From sequence record OQ174501.1: DNA of 64,000 nt; one strand, given 5' to 3'. Below, piece after piece: positions 16,892 through 28,921 of the stretch. The notes under the pieces were generated by a model, which saw nothing but the letters and a program-made list of their open reading frames with translations, had not been told where the DNA came from and ran no database searches. The first letter of the stretch is position 1, and every line of letters starts with the position of its first letter. Made by a program: the position numbers and the translations under genes. The stretch is from Escherichia phage REP2.

Positions 16892-19800
16892 CTATTTTAA
16901 CCTGTGTTGGATTTTCAGGGTCTCTTGGATTTCCTATATTATCTTTTAGACGTTTATTAACTAAATCCCTAAATTGCGCAAATGTTGTTCCAGAAGCATC
17001 AAATAGGGGACTCATTAACTTGCGTCGTTCAGAAGGCAATTGACCTTGAAATATTGAATTATTATTTTCAGCATTATAGTCATTAGGAAGAGGATATTTT
17101 ACACCAGCCATTGGGCCAGGTTCATAAATTGCTTCTCCTGTTACTGAATCATGTTCAATTTCACCAGTTGGAGTTAATTTAGCTACTCTATCAGCATATT
17201 CAGTAGGCAATCCAGAATCCCATTTATAGTTTTTGTATTTATTAATTATAGTCTCTGTATGTTTAAGAGTTAAACCAACATTAATAAACATCGTTAAAAG
17301 GGTAATTGCTATAAATCCAAATCCTACTGGATGAACAAAACGAATAACGTCAGATTTCCAGCGGGAAGAAGGTAAATTGGATTTAATTTTCATTACATAG
17401 TATGATCTACTTCTATTAATATAGTCTATATTGTTTTGAAGCAAATCCTTTCCTTTAACTCCACGAATAATTTCGCCTTCAAAACTAGGGAGTCTTTCTG
17501 CTTTAACTTCTTGACCAGCAATTAATCTTCCCAAAAGATTATGAATAGTTACGGTCCATTGCAATTTACCATTAGAATAACTTCTTTCTATATAAGTAAC
17601 ATTACATCTTCCTGTGGCTGTATAAATCGTTTGTCCTACTAAATCTTCAGTCAAAGAATCAGATTGAACGATTATGTCATATTCAGTACCAGCCCCAGAT
17701 TCAATTTCAATTTCAACTTCTTCATTATAAAGAACTTTAAAAAGAAACTTGTATGATGCTTCAATTCCTTTAGTAGAATAAAAATCATAGCTACGTGATT
17801 CAAAAAATCTTGCAACAGCATCTCGCTTATCCGCGTTCAAATAAATGTTTCTTTTATATATCTCTGACCACAAATATTCCCATGCATGCTCTTCTCGTGG
17901 ATACTGATTACGAATTAAATTTCGTAAATTGTTATACTGAGTTCCATATCCATCAGAAAGATACTGAATATATGCTTCGCAAAATGCCTCAAAATTCGAA
18001 TCCTGCAACAAATAAGAATCAGGCATCATTGTGCCAATTAATGGTCTTAAATCAGGGTCAGCTAATCCATGCTCTTCTTCTGGTGACCAAGGAGTCTCAT
18101 GCTCTTGGTTTTGTAAAAATGCTTTTAAAAATACTCCAGTCGGCTTCCAAATAATTTCTACTGTATCTCTCACACGATAGTTAAAATCATAATAAGAAAT
18201 TATTTCACCAGAAGATTTATAAAAAAGCATCCCAGACGCATATTTTTTAAATCCCGTGAATTTAACATTTGGCATTACTATCGTACAATCACCATCATCC
18301 CAGTATTCATGAACTAATCTATCTGGTGATGTTTCCGGAATATTTTCTATAACTTTAGTGTATTTTAAATCAGCATAAACTACTACAGCTCTATTAGAGT
18401 TGTTTATCCAGCACCGTGTATTAGACTTTTTAGACCAGTTAAAGAATGGTTCTGCATAGTATTTCATTGGCTGAGGCGTAAAAGTTTCCCAATCAGACTT
18501 TTCATCTGCTATAAATGCCATCATATGATAATGCTTATCAGCTAACCATTCACGAGGAAATTCATATTTAACGGCACCGATTAACTGATATTTTGCTACA
18601 GTTTCAGGGTCATTAACAACGTTATCATTTAAAAATTTAAAATTACTCGAAGATAGAGAAACTAATTTACCATCAGTTGACATATTCGCATACCCAGGTT
18701 GAATACGTCTTCTTTCTTCTTCAGTGTTGCCAAAAACTCTTTTCCACGTTTTTGTGTCATGATTTAAAACATATATTCCTTTATCAGTAGAATCAATTAT
18801 TTTTGACGTTCTAGGATTAGCATTTAATGTTTCAACTTCACCGATAATAAGAGCAAAAACTTTATCACCAATAGAATCCATTTTATAGCATACTGCTTTA
18901 GGATTTCCAGTTATAGTCATTGTATCAGGTTCAAATAGCCTTTCCGAATATGTTGGAGATAATGGATCAGAATCTATAGGTGCATTGCTCGTTTTTATAT
19001 ATCTAACTTTATCTCTGGCAACAACATAGATATAATCATCCGTACAAGTAATGGCTTCAGCTATACGATATACATTCGCTGGTAAAGTCGCATAAGTACC
19101 AAAGATTTCTACATCAAATCCTAAATGTAACTGGTCGCCAAGTTTAGCAAATGTTATATCCTGCGAACTGAATCTGACATCATCTGCTGACCATCTAACG
19201 TCAGTCGATTTACGGCCATAGAAAATCTTGTCGTATCCTAGAACGTATGTTGTGTTCGCAGATTGGTAATATACTGTCTTAGATAAAGGATATCCTACAC
19301 GGTCATTGAAGAGCTTTACGGCTTTCCAGGTTTGTCCTTTATCATTGGATACTTTAACTACAGGTTGATAGCGCTCAAAAAGATATAGAATTCCTTCTGA
19401 TTCCATCAAATAAACTCGGTTAATATCCTTACATACTTGCTGAATAGAACCTTGTATTTCATGATACTCATTTTCACCAATAATAAAATTACTTATTGAT
19501 GAAACATCAACATACGATGGGCTGAATTGAAATGATTCATTCATCAATGCAGCCATTATAGTGTCATTGTTAAAATTAACATAATCAGAATTATTAAGAG
19601 TAAATTTTTCCTGAATGAATTTATTGGCTAATTGCATTTCAATCATGTTTTGAAATGTATAAGCATTTGTAGCAAAAGTTTCAAACTCTTCGGTATAAAT
19701 CCAATCAGACTGCTCAAAATCTTGTGCAGCTGTAGCTACTCTAATAATGTATGATGTCAATGGGTCAGCATCGTCAAAAAAGAAGCTGTTATTTGCAGTA

Positions 19801-19982
19801 TATCCTAAGTTAATCCATCTATATTGATTACTCGGGAGATTTTCCCCCGAGTCTGTCTTTGTCTCAGCGATTTCTACAAAATAGTAGAAATTAGCACCAA
19901 CGTCATCCCAGCGTACTTGCACCTGATTTGCGGATAACTTGGAAATTCTGAGACTAGTGACTGAAGGTGCTTTTACTGTCAT
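16884..19982 (-). CDS. 7: baseplate wedge protein gp7
   Basis: 1032 aa, synteny. Confidence 0.9.
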   Translation of the reverse strand: MTVKAPSVTSLRISKLSANQVQVRWDDVGANFYYFVEIAETKTDSGENLPSNQYRWINLGYTANNSFFFDDADPLTSYIIRVATAAQDFEQSDWIYTEEFETFATNAYTFQNMIEMQLANKFIQEKFTLNNSDYVNFNNDTIMAALMNESFQFSPSYVDVSSISNFIIGENEYHEIQGSIQQVCKDINRVYLMESEGILYLFERYQPVVKVSNDKGQTWKAVKLFNDRVGYPLSKTVYYQSANTTYVLGYDKIFYGRKSTDVRWSADDVRFSSQDITFAKLGDQLHLGFDVEIFGTYATLPANVYRIAEAITCTDDYIYVVARDKVRYIKTSNAPIDSDPLSPTYSERLFEPDTMTITGNPKAVCYKMDSIGDKVFALIIGEVETLNANPRTSKIIDSTDKGIYVLNHDTKTWKRVFGNTEEERRRIQPGYANMSTDGKLVSLSSSNFKFLNDNVVNDPETVAKYQLIGAVKYEFPREWLADKHYHMMAFIADEKSDWETFTPQPMKYYAEPFFNWSKKSNTRCWINNSNRAVVVYADLKYTKVIENIPETSPDRLVHEYWDDGDCTIVMPNVKFTGFKKYASGMLFYKSSGEIISYYDFNYRVRDTVEIIWKPTGVFLKAFLQNQEHETPWSPEEEHGLADPDLRPLIGTMMPDSYLLQDSNFEAFCEAYIQYLSDGYGTQYNNLRNLIRNQYPREEHAWEYLWSEIYKRNIYLNADKRDAVARFFESRSYDFYSTKGIEASYKFLFKVLYNEEVEIEIESGAGTEYDIIVQSDSLTEDLVGQTIYTATGRCNVTYIERSYSNGKLQWTVTIHNLLGRLIAGQEVKAERLPSFEGEIIRGVKGKDLLQNNIDYINRSRSYYVMKIKSNLPSSRWKSDVIRFVHPVGFGFIAITLLTMFINVGLTLKHTETIINKYKNYKWDSGLPTEYADRVAKLTPTGEIEHDSVTGEAIYEPGPMAGVKYPLPNDYNAENNNSIFQGQLPSERRKLMSPLFDASGTTFAQFRDLVNKRLKDNIGNPRDPENPTQVKIDE

Positions 19983-21961
19983 TGTGATATAGGCTCCAAA
20001 TCGATAGTTAAGTATTGTGGACGTAAGTCATTTTCAAATACAATCAGTGAACCATCGCGAGTAAAGATAACATCATCGGTTGGGTCAGAATATAATTCAA
20101 TGGTCTGAACTTCAAATTTTTCAGATGTTAAATTAATTTTAGCGATATTCCAATAAATCACATCAGCTGGATAATTTATTTCACCGATAACATAGTATTT
20201 GTCGCGTCCATCAGAATTTGCTAATTTGTTAAAATCGTTTCCTGTATATGGACGAATGTTTTTATTTTCTGTAACATCGCCAGAAGCAAATGGACCAATA
20301 ATAACTTTACCAATTCCTTTAGAATTTCGGTCTGTTGATACTATGCGAACGTCATATAATACATCTTCTTCTAAACCAGTATCAGGATTTACAACCTTTC
20401 GTCCAGAATTAAATGAAAACGTATTAGATTCCATAGAACGGTCTTTTATTTGATTATTGTATTTAATACCTGCTTCAGGCGTTTTATAGAAGTTTTGTAC
20501 TTCACGAACAATTTGAATTGTCGCGGATGAGCCAATGATAGAATGATCTGCATCATCTACATATGTCAACATCTTAGATTTAGCGAAAGATGAGTTAAAA
20601 ATTTCTACATCTTCGGTATAATAACGATCAATTTTATCAATTATTTGACCTTCGAGCCACTGTTCGGATTCTTGCAGCTTATTTAAAGCATATGTGACTT
20701 TTAAATTAGTCTTAATAAAAAGGTAATTAGGAGAAATAATTGATGGCGTAATAGGAGCTAAATTATAGTCTTTGAGATAATTTTTAATATCTTCGCGCTG
20801 TACAGTAGTTAAATATAGTCCTGATTTAGGTTTAGCAGCAATAAATGCATAACCAGGTTTAGTAGAATCAGTGAACGTCTGAACTGCTTGAATAATAGAA
20901 CCAAATCTCTCTGAAACGAATGTATCATAGTCAGTCGCAGTTACGCAGCGTTGCTGGGTTTCGCGTTTAATAGTACCCAATTCGCGAATACGTTCAATAT
21001 CTTCTGGATCGCCGCCGCCATCTGCCCCAACAAAATCTGGGTCATCGTTTGGATTTTCATTAATGTTGATGACAGTTATATTTGTTAATGTATCTGCATA
21101 TGAAAATCCGACTGCGCCGTTCGCATCTGCACCGTTAGTACTGATGTATTCAATAACAATCGTAGAGTTCTGAGTAGGTTTAAGACCTCCAATATAATTA
21201 GCGGTCAATGCTCCTTCTGCCGCATTAACAGAAATCTCACCTTCACCAAAATAAAACTCGGTATTTCCATCAATAGTTTCACGCATGTAGTAAATTGTCG
21301 ATGTAGAACCAGCATGAACCATTGACTTTCTTGTCCAGTTAATCCATTCTGCTCCATCAACGTATAATTTAACCTGGTTTCTATCAATATTTTTATCATA
21401 AATGATAATAGGTGTTAATTTATCATAAATGATTTCAGTTCTTACTATACGTCCCTGGGCCAATTTTAAACGCGGAAAATATTGGTTATTTTTATCACGA
21501 ATAGCAATAACGTCTTCGGTAGAAACGAAGTTATATGGATTAACAGAAGTATCTTTTGCATATGCTAAAAAGCGAGTTCCGCGAGGAATAGTAATGTAAT
21601 TCCTATTCAATGCGTCGGTGCATGTTAACATAATTTCGGTCTGCGCAGCGGATTTTGAAGTAGGTAAATATCCGTTATCTTGTGCAGCTTGAACAACTGA
21701 ACTTCGTAAGTTAGCAGTACGCATAAAGCTTTCATACACAGCAGCATTACCAAACTGTTGAATGTACAGCGTATTATAAGCCAAAAGGTCGCACAGAACG
21801 TTTAATCTTGAGCCTTCAAAATCATAATCCAAAAATTCATTTTGGCCATTAAGCCATTCAATGAGGTTTTGTTTTATTTCAGCAAATGTACCCCCGACGA
21901 ATATCTCGGGAATAGCATTTGCTGTTCTTGTTAATTGATAATTTACAGGGGTATTTGCCAT
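19979..21961 (-). CDS. 6: baseplate wedge protein gp6
   Basis: 660 aa, synteny. Confidence 0.9.
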   Translation of the reverse strand: MANTPVNYQLTRTANAIPEIFVGGTFAEIKQNLIEWLNGQNEFLDYDFEGSRLNVLCDLLAYNTLYIQQFGNAAVYESFMRTANLRSSVVQAAQDNGYLPTSKSAAQTEIMLTCTDALNRNYITIPRGTRFLAYAKDTSVNPYNFVSTEDVIAIRDKNNQYFPRLKLAQGRIVRTEIIYDKLTPIIIYDKNIDRNQVKLYVDGAEWINWTRKSMVHAGSTSTIYYMRETIDGNTEFYFGEGEISVNAAEGALTANYIGGLKPTQNSTIVIEYISTNGADANGAVGFSYADTLTNITVININENPNDDPDFVGADGGGDPEDIERIRELGTIKRETQQRCVTATDYDTFVSERFGSIIQAVQTFTDSTKPGYAFIAAKPKSGLYLTTVQREDIKNYLKDYNLAPITPSIISPNYLFIKTNLKVTYALNKLQESEQWLEGQIIDKIDRYYTEDVEIFNSSFAKSKMLTYVDDADHSIIGSSATIQIVREVQNFYKTPEAGIKYNNQIKDRSMESNTFSFNSGRKVVNPDTGLEEDVLYDVRIVSTDRNSKGIGKVIIGPFASGDVTENKNIRPYTGNDFNKLANSDGRDKYYVIGEINYPADVIYWNIAKINLTSEKFEVQTIELYSDPTDDVIFTRDGSLIVFENDLRPQYLTIDLEPISQ

Positions 21962-21969
21962 TTTAAATC

Positions 21970-22263
21970 CTATTTAATGAATACTTTAGATGATGCCTGA
22001 GACACAGTATCACCGCATGATATTGGATCAGCCATTTGAACCGCTTTCTTTCCAGTGACATATACCTTAGAAGTTCTAGGTTGTGTCACTCCGCCATGTG
22101 TTTCATATGGCTTTTTAATTTCTGTATGTTCTGTAATTGGATCACCTGCTACGAGAACAGCAATTCCTCCAGTGAATACTTTACTTTGTGTAGCATTCAC
22201 AACTGTTGGAGGCCATGCTTCATGGCCGGCAGTAACACACTTATCATAACTTAATCCTGACAT
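21970..22263 (-). CDS. 5.4: PAAR-repeat spike-tip protein gp5.4
   Basis: 97 aa between genes 5 and 6, as T4 gp5.4. Confidence 0.8.
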   Translation of the reverse strand: MSGLSYDKCVTAGHEAWPPTVVNATQSKVFTGGIAVLVAGDPITEHTEIKKPYETHGGVTQPRTSKVYVTGKKAVQMADPISCGDTVSQASSKVFIK

Positions 22264-22821
22264 CTATGACCTCTCATACACATAGCTTCTTAATTTATTA
22301 GCCCAACGACTCCAATTTCCAACTATAGTTTTAGTATAATTTTTAACGAGAGTTTTTCTTACTGGAGCAGGAGGATCTGTCGGTTCAGTAGTATCAGAAG
22401 ATGACCTAGAATTACTGCCAGAACCTCCAGATTCACTTTGTTCTTGGTAGTCATATATTAATGTTACTTCGTAAGTGAATGTCTTCTGGAGGTTTTGAGG
22501 AGCTTTCCATAAATACAACTGAGTATCAGAATCAGTAGGAAGTTCTTCCCATGAAGCAGCAGTTTTAAATTCATCGCCTAAACGATATTTCAACGCGTCA
22601 TTTCCAAATCCAAACACAGATTCATATGTTCCGTATAAGCGATTTTCTTCTACTAAAACCCCAGGAGTTTCTTCGTAACTAGTTATATTTATAGATACTA
22701 ACGTTTCACCTGTTTCTAATTGAGCGGTAAAGGTGACGTCGATAGAAGAACCTTCCATGGATTCTCCTAAATCAGCGCTCATTGGAAGTATATTAGCCAA
22801 TGTCAATCCTCGATCCATCAA
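22264..22821 (-). CDS. conserved hypothetical protein (gene 5.1 position)
   Basis: 185-aa ORF between gp5 and gp5.4; true start may be the internal Met 13 codons in. Confidence 0.5.
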   Translation of the reverse strand: MMDRGLTLANILPMSADLGESMEGSSIDVTFTAQLETGETLVSINITSYEETPGVLVEENRLYGTYESVFGFGNDALKYRLGDEFKTAASWEELPTDSDTQLYLWKAPQNLQKTFTYEVTLIYDYQEQSESGGSGSNSRSSSDTTEPTDPPAPVRKTLVKNYTKTIVGNWSRWANKLRSYVYERS

Positions 22822-24520
22822 TTGTGTATTGACCAGATGAAATAGAACTCATAGATGCCATTTTTTCTGTCCAATCACCACCAACGTCCCAATCAACTGT
22901 CCCAGCAACTTTCCAAGAAAGATTTCCATTTACTGTGTTAGTTTGATTTCCTTCAACTAAAGTGGTAGCATCTCCTTTAACTGTAATGTCAGCATTACCT
23001 TCAACTACAATAGTAACATTACCTTTAACTAGGATAGTTCCATTGCCTTCAACTGTCTTAGTTTCATCGCCACGTACAAATATTGTATTGCTTCCATCTA
23101 TTTGGTGAAGACGATTATCCATGTTGTAATAAATTTCTGATCCACCGACGTTAGTCTTTTTATCACCGGCTACCAAAAAATTACCATCAGCGTTGGTTAT
23201 ATCATACAAATTATCGACAGTTTTTCTTGTTCTTCTTCCTGACGGTGATACTTCTTCATAAGTTCCAGTCGGATGAACTAATCTGTATCGTTCTTGCCCA
23301 GGAGTATCATCAAATTCCTGAATATGTCCGCTTTCAGTTTCCATTGTATGCACATAAGGATATTCACCTTTATATGAAGAAACTGGTTCTTTGAATAAAA
23401 TTCTCGAGTCATTTGGAATAGGAGGGTCAGCCGGGTCAGAAGATTTAGCTACAGTAGCAGCCATTGCTGATAGAGACCTAGCTGGGGTTTTCACTTCAAC
23501 ACCATATGATTCCAAATTCCCCGTAAGAATAATCATGGTAACACGGGATGCACGGCCTTTTGTTTGTTGATACCACAATGAATCACGACCGGCTTTATAT
23601 GCTTTTTCCCAATCTCCGGCTAACATAGCAGTTAACATTGTGTTAAATTTAGCTACACCGCCAACACCCATTTGAAATGCCATATTTTCTAACGCCATTT
23701 GACGAGAACGGTTGACAGCTTTCCAGACTGGTCCTACTTTAGAATGTGATTTAATGTCCCGTTGCATATCAGCCAAATCACGTTCAAATAAAGTTACCGC
23801 CTCTTCCATCGTAATAGAACCTGGGTTTCCAGTAATTTCACGACCAACTTGTTTCGATAAAACTTTATTAATTTGAGCCATATCACGAACTGGCTGCTTC
23901 ATGATAAGATGACCAATACCAATTGTCGGATATCCTTCTGTATCCCAATAGACTTTTAGTCTTAATCCTTCATCACGGCGAAGCATTTCAGCCATTGACA
24001 TATTTGGATTATCATCAGTTGGAATCTCTGATAGCGGTCTATCATCAGGATTTATCGCAGTGTCTAGATTGCTATCTTGGATAATATTAGAAGACGAATC
24101 ATATCCTACTTCTCCGCCTTGGTTTAATACGTTAGTATCATTTCCTAGACGTCTAGGATACTGTCCAGTCGGATCAGAAAATCCTTCAAGTCTATTAGGT
24201 TTTTCGCGAACTATTCCACCATACGTGCCAAGGACAATTCCGTTAGTTTTCCATTTGTCTAAAAAATGACCATAGACTCTAGTTCCTTCTACCGGACCAG
24301 TAACGGAGCCTCCAATTCCAGACATTGCTGCGGAAGTTATGGGTTGAATAACTGACATCCACGGTAATTTATCAGTTGGAATACCCATTACATCGCCTTG
24401 TGCTCTTTGAGGTGGATGCAGACCAACTACACGAACACGAACACGACCTAATTTTAATGGGTCCATTCTATCTTCAACAACACCAACAAACCAATTAAGG
24501 TTATTACTTATCATTTCCAT
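22793..24520 (-). CDS. 5: baseplate hub / tail-associated lysozyme gp5
   Basis: 575 aa; internal lysozyme domain (MAEMLRRDEGLRLKVYWDTEGYPTIGIGHL) and C-terminal beta-helix repeats. Confidence 0.95.
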   Translation of the reverse strand: MEMISNNLNWFVGVVEDRMDPLKLGRVRVRVVGLHPPQRAQGDVMGIPTDKLPWMSVIQPITSAAMSGIGGSVTGPVEGTRVYGHFLDKWKTNGIVLGTYGGIVREKPNRLEGFSDPTGQYPRRLGNDTNVLNQGGEVGYDSSSNIIQDSNLDTAINPDDRPLSEIPTDDNPNMSMAEMLRRDEGLRLKVYWDTEGYPTIGIGHLIMKQPVRDMAQINKVLSKQVGREITGNPGSITMEEAVTLFERDLADMQRDIKSHSKVGPVWKAVNRSRQMALENMAFQMGVGGVAKFNTMLTAMLAGDWEKAYKAGRDSLWYQQTKGRASRVTMIILTGNLESYGVEVKTPARSLSAMAATVAKSSDPADPPIPNDSRILFKEPVSSYKGEYPYVHTMETESGHIQEFDDTPGQERYRLVHPTGTYEEVSPSGRRTRKTVDNLYDITNADGNFLVAGDKKTNVGGSEIYYNMDNRLHQIDGSNTIFVRGDETKTVEGNGTILVKGNVTIVVEGNADITVKGDATTLVEGNQTNTVNGNLSWKVAGTVDWDVGGDWTEKMASMSSISSGQYTIDGSRIDIG

Positions 24521-25094
24521 AAGATTTCTCCATTATACGTATAAGGTCGTTCATAAATGAATTGATGTCTGATTTTGCTATTATTTTTATTTGACGAAGT
24601 TTTTCATTTTCAAGAACAGCATCTTCATACGTATTAACAGCAGCAAGTGCTCCTTCATATTGAGGATATTTTCTAGCTTTATCACCTTTATCATACCAAA
24701 CATATGGATTATCATCGTATGATATTAAATTATAAAATTTTTCACCATTCTCATTCACATGATATACTATTTGGTCTCCACCTACATTTTTGTATTTTTG
24801 TATAGATGCTTGATAAGCAGCTTCTTGTGAAGTAATCCATCCATAATACGGATCATAATTATCATTACACATCAATAAAACCCAATATAGCTGTGGATTT
24901 CCATATATAGTATTTGCTAATTCTTCCGGGCGTGGTGAACCTTTGATATAATAAGTACGTAAGCGGTATCCCGCAAGAGCGCGTTTAAAATAGTCTTTAT
25001 AGTTTCTAAAAATATCTGTCATAGGAATAGTCGGCGCGTTTTTATTCACCGTTTTGGCCGCATATTCAATCGGATCAAAAAATGTAAAGAGCAT
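24504..25094 (-). CDS. 53: baseplate wedge protein gp53
   Basis: 196 aa, overlaps gp5 start, synteny. Confidence 0.9.
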   Translation of the reverse strand: MLFTFFDPIEYAAKTVNKNAPTIPMTDIFRNYKDYFKRALAGYRLRTYYIKGSPRPEELANTIYGNPQLYWVLLMCNDNYDPYYGWITSQEAAYQASIQKYKNVGGDQIVYHVNENGEKFYNLISYDDNPYVWYDKGDKARKYPQYEGALAAVNTYEDAVLENEKLRQIKIIAKSDINSFMNDLIRIMEKSYGNDK

Positions 25095-25107
25095 GGGCCC
25101 TCCTGTT

Positions 25108-25115
25108 TATAAATA
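25108..25115 (+). promoter_or_regulatory. T4 late promoter TATAAATA (gene 4)
   Basis: TATAAATA 27 nt upstream of gp4 ATG. Confidence 0.6.
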
Positions 25116-25122
25116 TATTATC

Positions 25123-25130
25123 TATTTATA
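25123..25130 (-). promoter_or_regulatory. T4 late promoter TATAAATA (gene 53)
   Basis: TATTTATA on plus strand about 29 nt upstream of gp53 ATG; divergent with the gene 4 promoter. Confidence 0.6.
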
Positions 25131-25141
25131 AGGAGAATCCA

Positions 25142-25594
25142 ATGGCATATTCTGGAAAATGGGTTCCTAAAAATATATCAAAGTATAGAGGTAACCCTAA
25201 AAAAATTACGTATAGATCAAATTGGGAAAAATTCTTTTTTGAATGGTTAGATAAAAATCCAGAAATTATTGCATGGGGTAGTGAAACAGCAGTAATTCCT
25301 TATTTTTGTAATGCAGAAGGGAAAAAACGTAGATACTTCATGGATATTTGGATGAAAGATTCTTCTGGACAAGAATTTTTTATTGAAATAAAACCTAAAA
25401 AAGAAACACAACCACCAGTTAAACCAGCACATCTAACAACCGCAGCGAAGAAAAGATTTATGAATGAAATTTATACATATTCTGTTAATACCGACAAATG
25501 GAAAGCAGCACAATCTTTAGCTGAAAAGCGTGGAATAAAATTTAGAATTCTAACAGAAGATGGATTACGAGCTCTTGGCTTTAAGGGGGCATAA
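25142..25594 (+). CDS. 4: head completion protein gp4
   Basis: 150 aa, synteny. Confidence 0.9.
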   Translation: MAYSGKWVPKNISKYRGNPKKITYRSNWEKFFFEWLDKNPEIIAWGSETAVIPYFCNAEGKKRRYFMDIWMKDSSGQEFFIEIKPKKETQPPVKPAHLTTAAKKRFMNEIYTYSVNTDKWKAAQSLAEKRGIKFRILTEDGLRALGFKGA

Positions 25595-26418
25595 TGGCTA
25601 TTTTTCAAATAATTAATGAAAGCACTCCCCAAGTTCCAAAGGTTAAGCAATCATTAAACGAAAAGAAATGGATTCAGATAGGTCTTGAATACAGAAAGGC
25701 AAAAGCAAAAGGAATGACAGGAAAGCAATTTGCTGAAGAAAGAGGAATCAAATACTCTACGTTTACTTCGGCAATGTCAAAATATGCTTCAGGAATTAAA
25801 ACAGCTGAAAAGATTCAAAAGCTTGAATCAAAACCAATGAATAAACTCAATAAGCAAGAAAGACAACTGCTTATGATAAATTCATTCAGACAAACATTGC
25901 GCGATAAAATTCGTAATGAAGGCGCAGCAATTAATAATAAAACCAGAAAGTGGTTTGCTGAAACTATTAAGCAAGTAAAAGGACATAAAGTTGTTCGCCC
26001 GCAGCCGGGACGAATATATGCTTTTGCTTATGATGCTAAACACAAGGAAACTCTTCCTTACTGGGATAAATTTCCTTTGATAATTTACCTTGGTTTAGGT
26101 AAGCATAATTTAATGTACGGATTGAACTTGCACTATATTCCACCTAAAGCTCGCCAGCAATTCCTAGAAGAGCTTTTAAAGCAATATTCAAATACACCTA
26201 CTATTACTAATAAAACGAAATTAAAAATTGATTGGAGTCAAGTGAAAGGATTTAGGGGTGCAGACCAAATGATTAAAGCATATATACCTGGTAATATTAT
26301 GGGTAGCCTTGTTGAAATCGCCCCGAAAGACTGGGCGAACGTTGTATTGATGCCACTTCAGCAGTTCGTTTCAAAAGGAAAACGTTTCTCTGCAAACAAA
26401 GTCTGGTCAAATATTTAA
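25594..26418 (+). CDS. 2: DNA end-protector protein gp2
   Basis: 274 aa, synteny. Confidence 0.9.
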   Translation: MAIFQIINESTPQVPKVKQSLNEKKWIQIGLEYRKAKAKGMTGKQFAEERGIKYSTFTSAMSKYASGIKTAEKIQKLESKPMNKLNKQERQLLMINSFRQTLRDKIRNEGAAINNKTRKWFAETIKQVKGHKVVRPQPGRIYAFAYDAKHKETLPYWDKFPLIIYLGLGKHNLMYGLNLHYIPPKARQQFLEELLKQYSNTPTITNKTKLKIDWSQVKGFRGADQMIKAYIPGNIMGSLVEIAPKDWANVVLMPLQQFVSKGKRFSANKVWSNI

Positions 26419-26524
26419 TTCTATTATCTTCCATTCTTTTCTGTTGTTTGTTCTAAATGGAATTGAATGGAAGGGACTTAGACCCATTATACCACCAACA
26501 TTTATAAAGCATTATGAGGAATAT

Positions 26525-27055
26525 ATGTCGCAAGCACTGCAACAAATTTTTAACCAAGCAAATACAACTAACTTTGTAGTATCAATACCACATAGTAATA
26601 CTACATCTGCTTTTACTTTAAATGCTCAGTCAGTTCCTATTCCAGGAATTAGAATACCTGTTACTGATACCGTGACTGGGCCGTTTGGACTTGGTCGAGC
26701 ACAACGTCCAGGTGTTACATTTGAGTACGATCCACTCATCGTGAGATTTATAGTTGACGAAGAGCTTAAGTCGTGGATAGGAATGTATGAATGGATGCTA
26801 GGAACTAGTAACTATCTTACAGGCGAAAATACTGCCCAAAAAACAGGTCCTGAATACATTACGCTTTACATTTTAGATAATAGTAAAACTGAAATCGTGA
26901 TGTCAATAAATTTTTATAAGCCTTGGGTTTCTGACCTATCTGAAGTAGAATTTAGCTACACGGAAGATTCAGACCCGGCTTTAGTATGTACAGCAACGAT
27001 TCCTTACACCTATTTTCAAGTAGAAAAAGATGGTAAAATTATAGCAGAAGTTTAA
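26525..27055 (+). CDS. 3: tail completion / sheath stabiliser gp3
   Basis: 176 aa from internal ATG preceded by GAGGA; ORF-track start trimmed. Confidence 0.85.
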   Translation: MSQALQQIFNQANTTNFVVSIPHSNTTSAFTLNAQSVPIPGIRIPVTDTVTGPFGLGRAQRPGVTFEYDPLIVRFIVDEELKSWIGMYEWMLGTSNYLTGENTAQKTGPEYITLYILDNSKTEIVMSINFYKPWVSDLSEVEFSYTEDSDPALVCTATIPYTYFQVEKDGKIIAEV

Positions 27056-27104
27056 TGCTTCAGCTTTGTGTGTTATAATCTTAATTAAATTTGAGGAGAA
27101 ACAC

Positions 27105-27829
27105 ATGAAACTAATCTTTTTAAGCGGTGTAAAGCGTAGTGGAAAAGATACTACTGCTGATTTTATCATGAGTAATTATTCTGCAGTTAAATACCAACTT
27201 GCTGGTCCTATTAAGGATGCATTGGCTTATGCATGGGGAGTATTTGCAGCAAACACCGACTATCCTTGCTTAACTCGTAAAGAGTTTGAAGGAATTGACT
27301 ATGATCGTGAGACTAATTTAAATCTGACTAAATTAGAAGTAATCACGATTATGGAACAAGCATTTTGCTATCTTAATGGTAAAAGCCCAATTAAAGGTGT
27401 GTTTGTTTTTGATGACGAAGGAAAAGAATCAGTTAATTTCGTAGCATTTAACAAAATTACTGACGTTATAAATAATATTGAAGATCAATGGTCAGTCCGT
27501 CGTCTGATGCAAGCCCTAGGTACGGATTTGATTGTTAATAACTTCGACCGCATGTACTGGGTAAAATTATTTGCTTTAGATTATCTTGATAAATTTAACT
27601 CAGGTTATGATTATTATATCGTTCCTGATACCCGTCAAGATCATGAAATGGATGCGGCTAGGGCGATGGGTGCTACAGTAATTCATGTAGTTCGTCCTGG
27701 TCAAAAATCCAATGATACACATATTACAGAAGCTGGATTGCCAATTCGTGATGGCGATTTAGTAATTACAAACGATGGTTCTCTTGAAGAACTTTTTTCT
27801 AAAATTAAAAATACACTAAAGGTACTATA

Positions 27830-27830
<1 letters not shown>
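27105..27830 (+). CDS. 1: dNMP kinase gp1
   Basis: 241 aa from MKLIFLSGVKRSGKDTT (P-loop), RBS GAGGAG upstream. Confidence 0.9.
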
Positions 27831-28527
<697 letters not shown>

Positions 28528-28535
<8 letters not shown>

Positions 28536-28557
28536 GCTGATGAGGTAGTGATACTAT
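28528..28557 (+). promoter_or_regulatory. T4-type early promoter
   Basis: GTTTAC-N18-TGATACTAT. Confidence 0.7.
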
Positions 28558-28587
28558 TATCTCATCAAAATTAATTAGGAAAATAAA

Positions 28588-28845
28588 ATGAAAACTTTCA
28601 AAGAGTTTACTACAAAAACTACTATCACTGAATCTTCCCACGGTATGGAAGTAAAGCTTGGAATGGCTTTAGCTGAAGCTGAGCGTCTTTTCTCTCGTAT
28701 TAAAGAACTTGCTGCTGCAGTAGATCCTTCATCTTTTAAAGGAGACCAAACGAAAGTTAAAGCACTTTTAGCATTATGCTCCGATGCAGGAGAAATTGCT
28801 AAAAATGGTTCTAAGATGAAAAAACGATTAGAAGATTTAAAATAA
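28588..28845 (+). CDS. internal-protein-like protein with CTS-like N-terminus
   Basis: 85 aa starting MKTFKEFTTK, resembling the T4 capsid-targeting sequence MKTYQEFIAE; own early promoter. Confidence 0.6.
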   Translation: MKTFKEFTTKTTITESSHGMEVKLGMALAEAERLFSRIKELAAAVDPSSFKGDQTKVKALLALCSDAGEIAKNGSKMKKRLEDLK

Positions 28846-28865
28846 TTTCACAAAGTTGTTTACAT
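28831..28865 (+). repeat. direct repeat, copy 2
   Basis: same 31-nt sequence as 28501-28535. Confidence 0.7.
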
Positions 28866-28887
28866 AGGGTTTTAGTTGTGATACTAT
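28858..28887 (+). promoter_or_regulatory. T4-type early promoter
   Basis: GTTTAC-N18-TGATACTAT. Confidence 0.7.
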
Positions 28888-28921
28888 TACCCTATCAAAA
28901 CAAAACCAAATGGAAATCAAA

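Noticed and set aside
16203-18154. Plus-strand ORFs of 111 and 119 aa inside genes 8 and 7 (also 2094-2318, 3225-3425, 12617-12895, 13897-14118)
   Set aside because: They lie entirely within well-supported minus-strand structural genes, have no RBS or promoter, and show no recognisable motifs.
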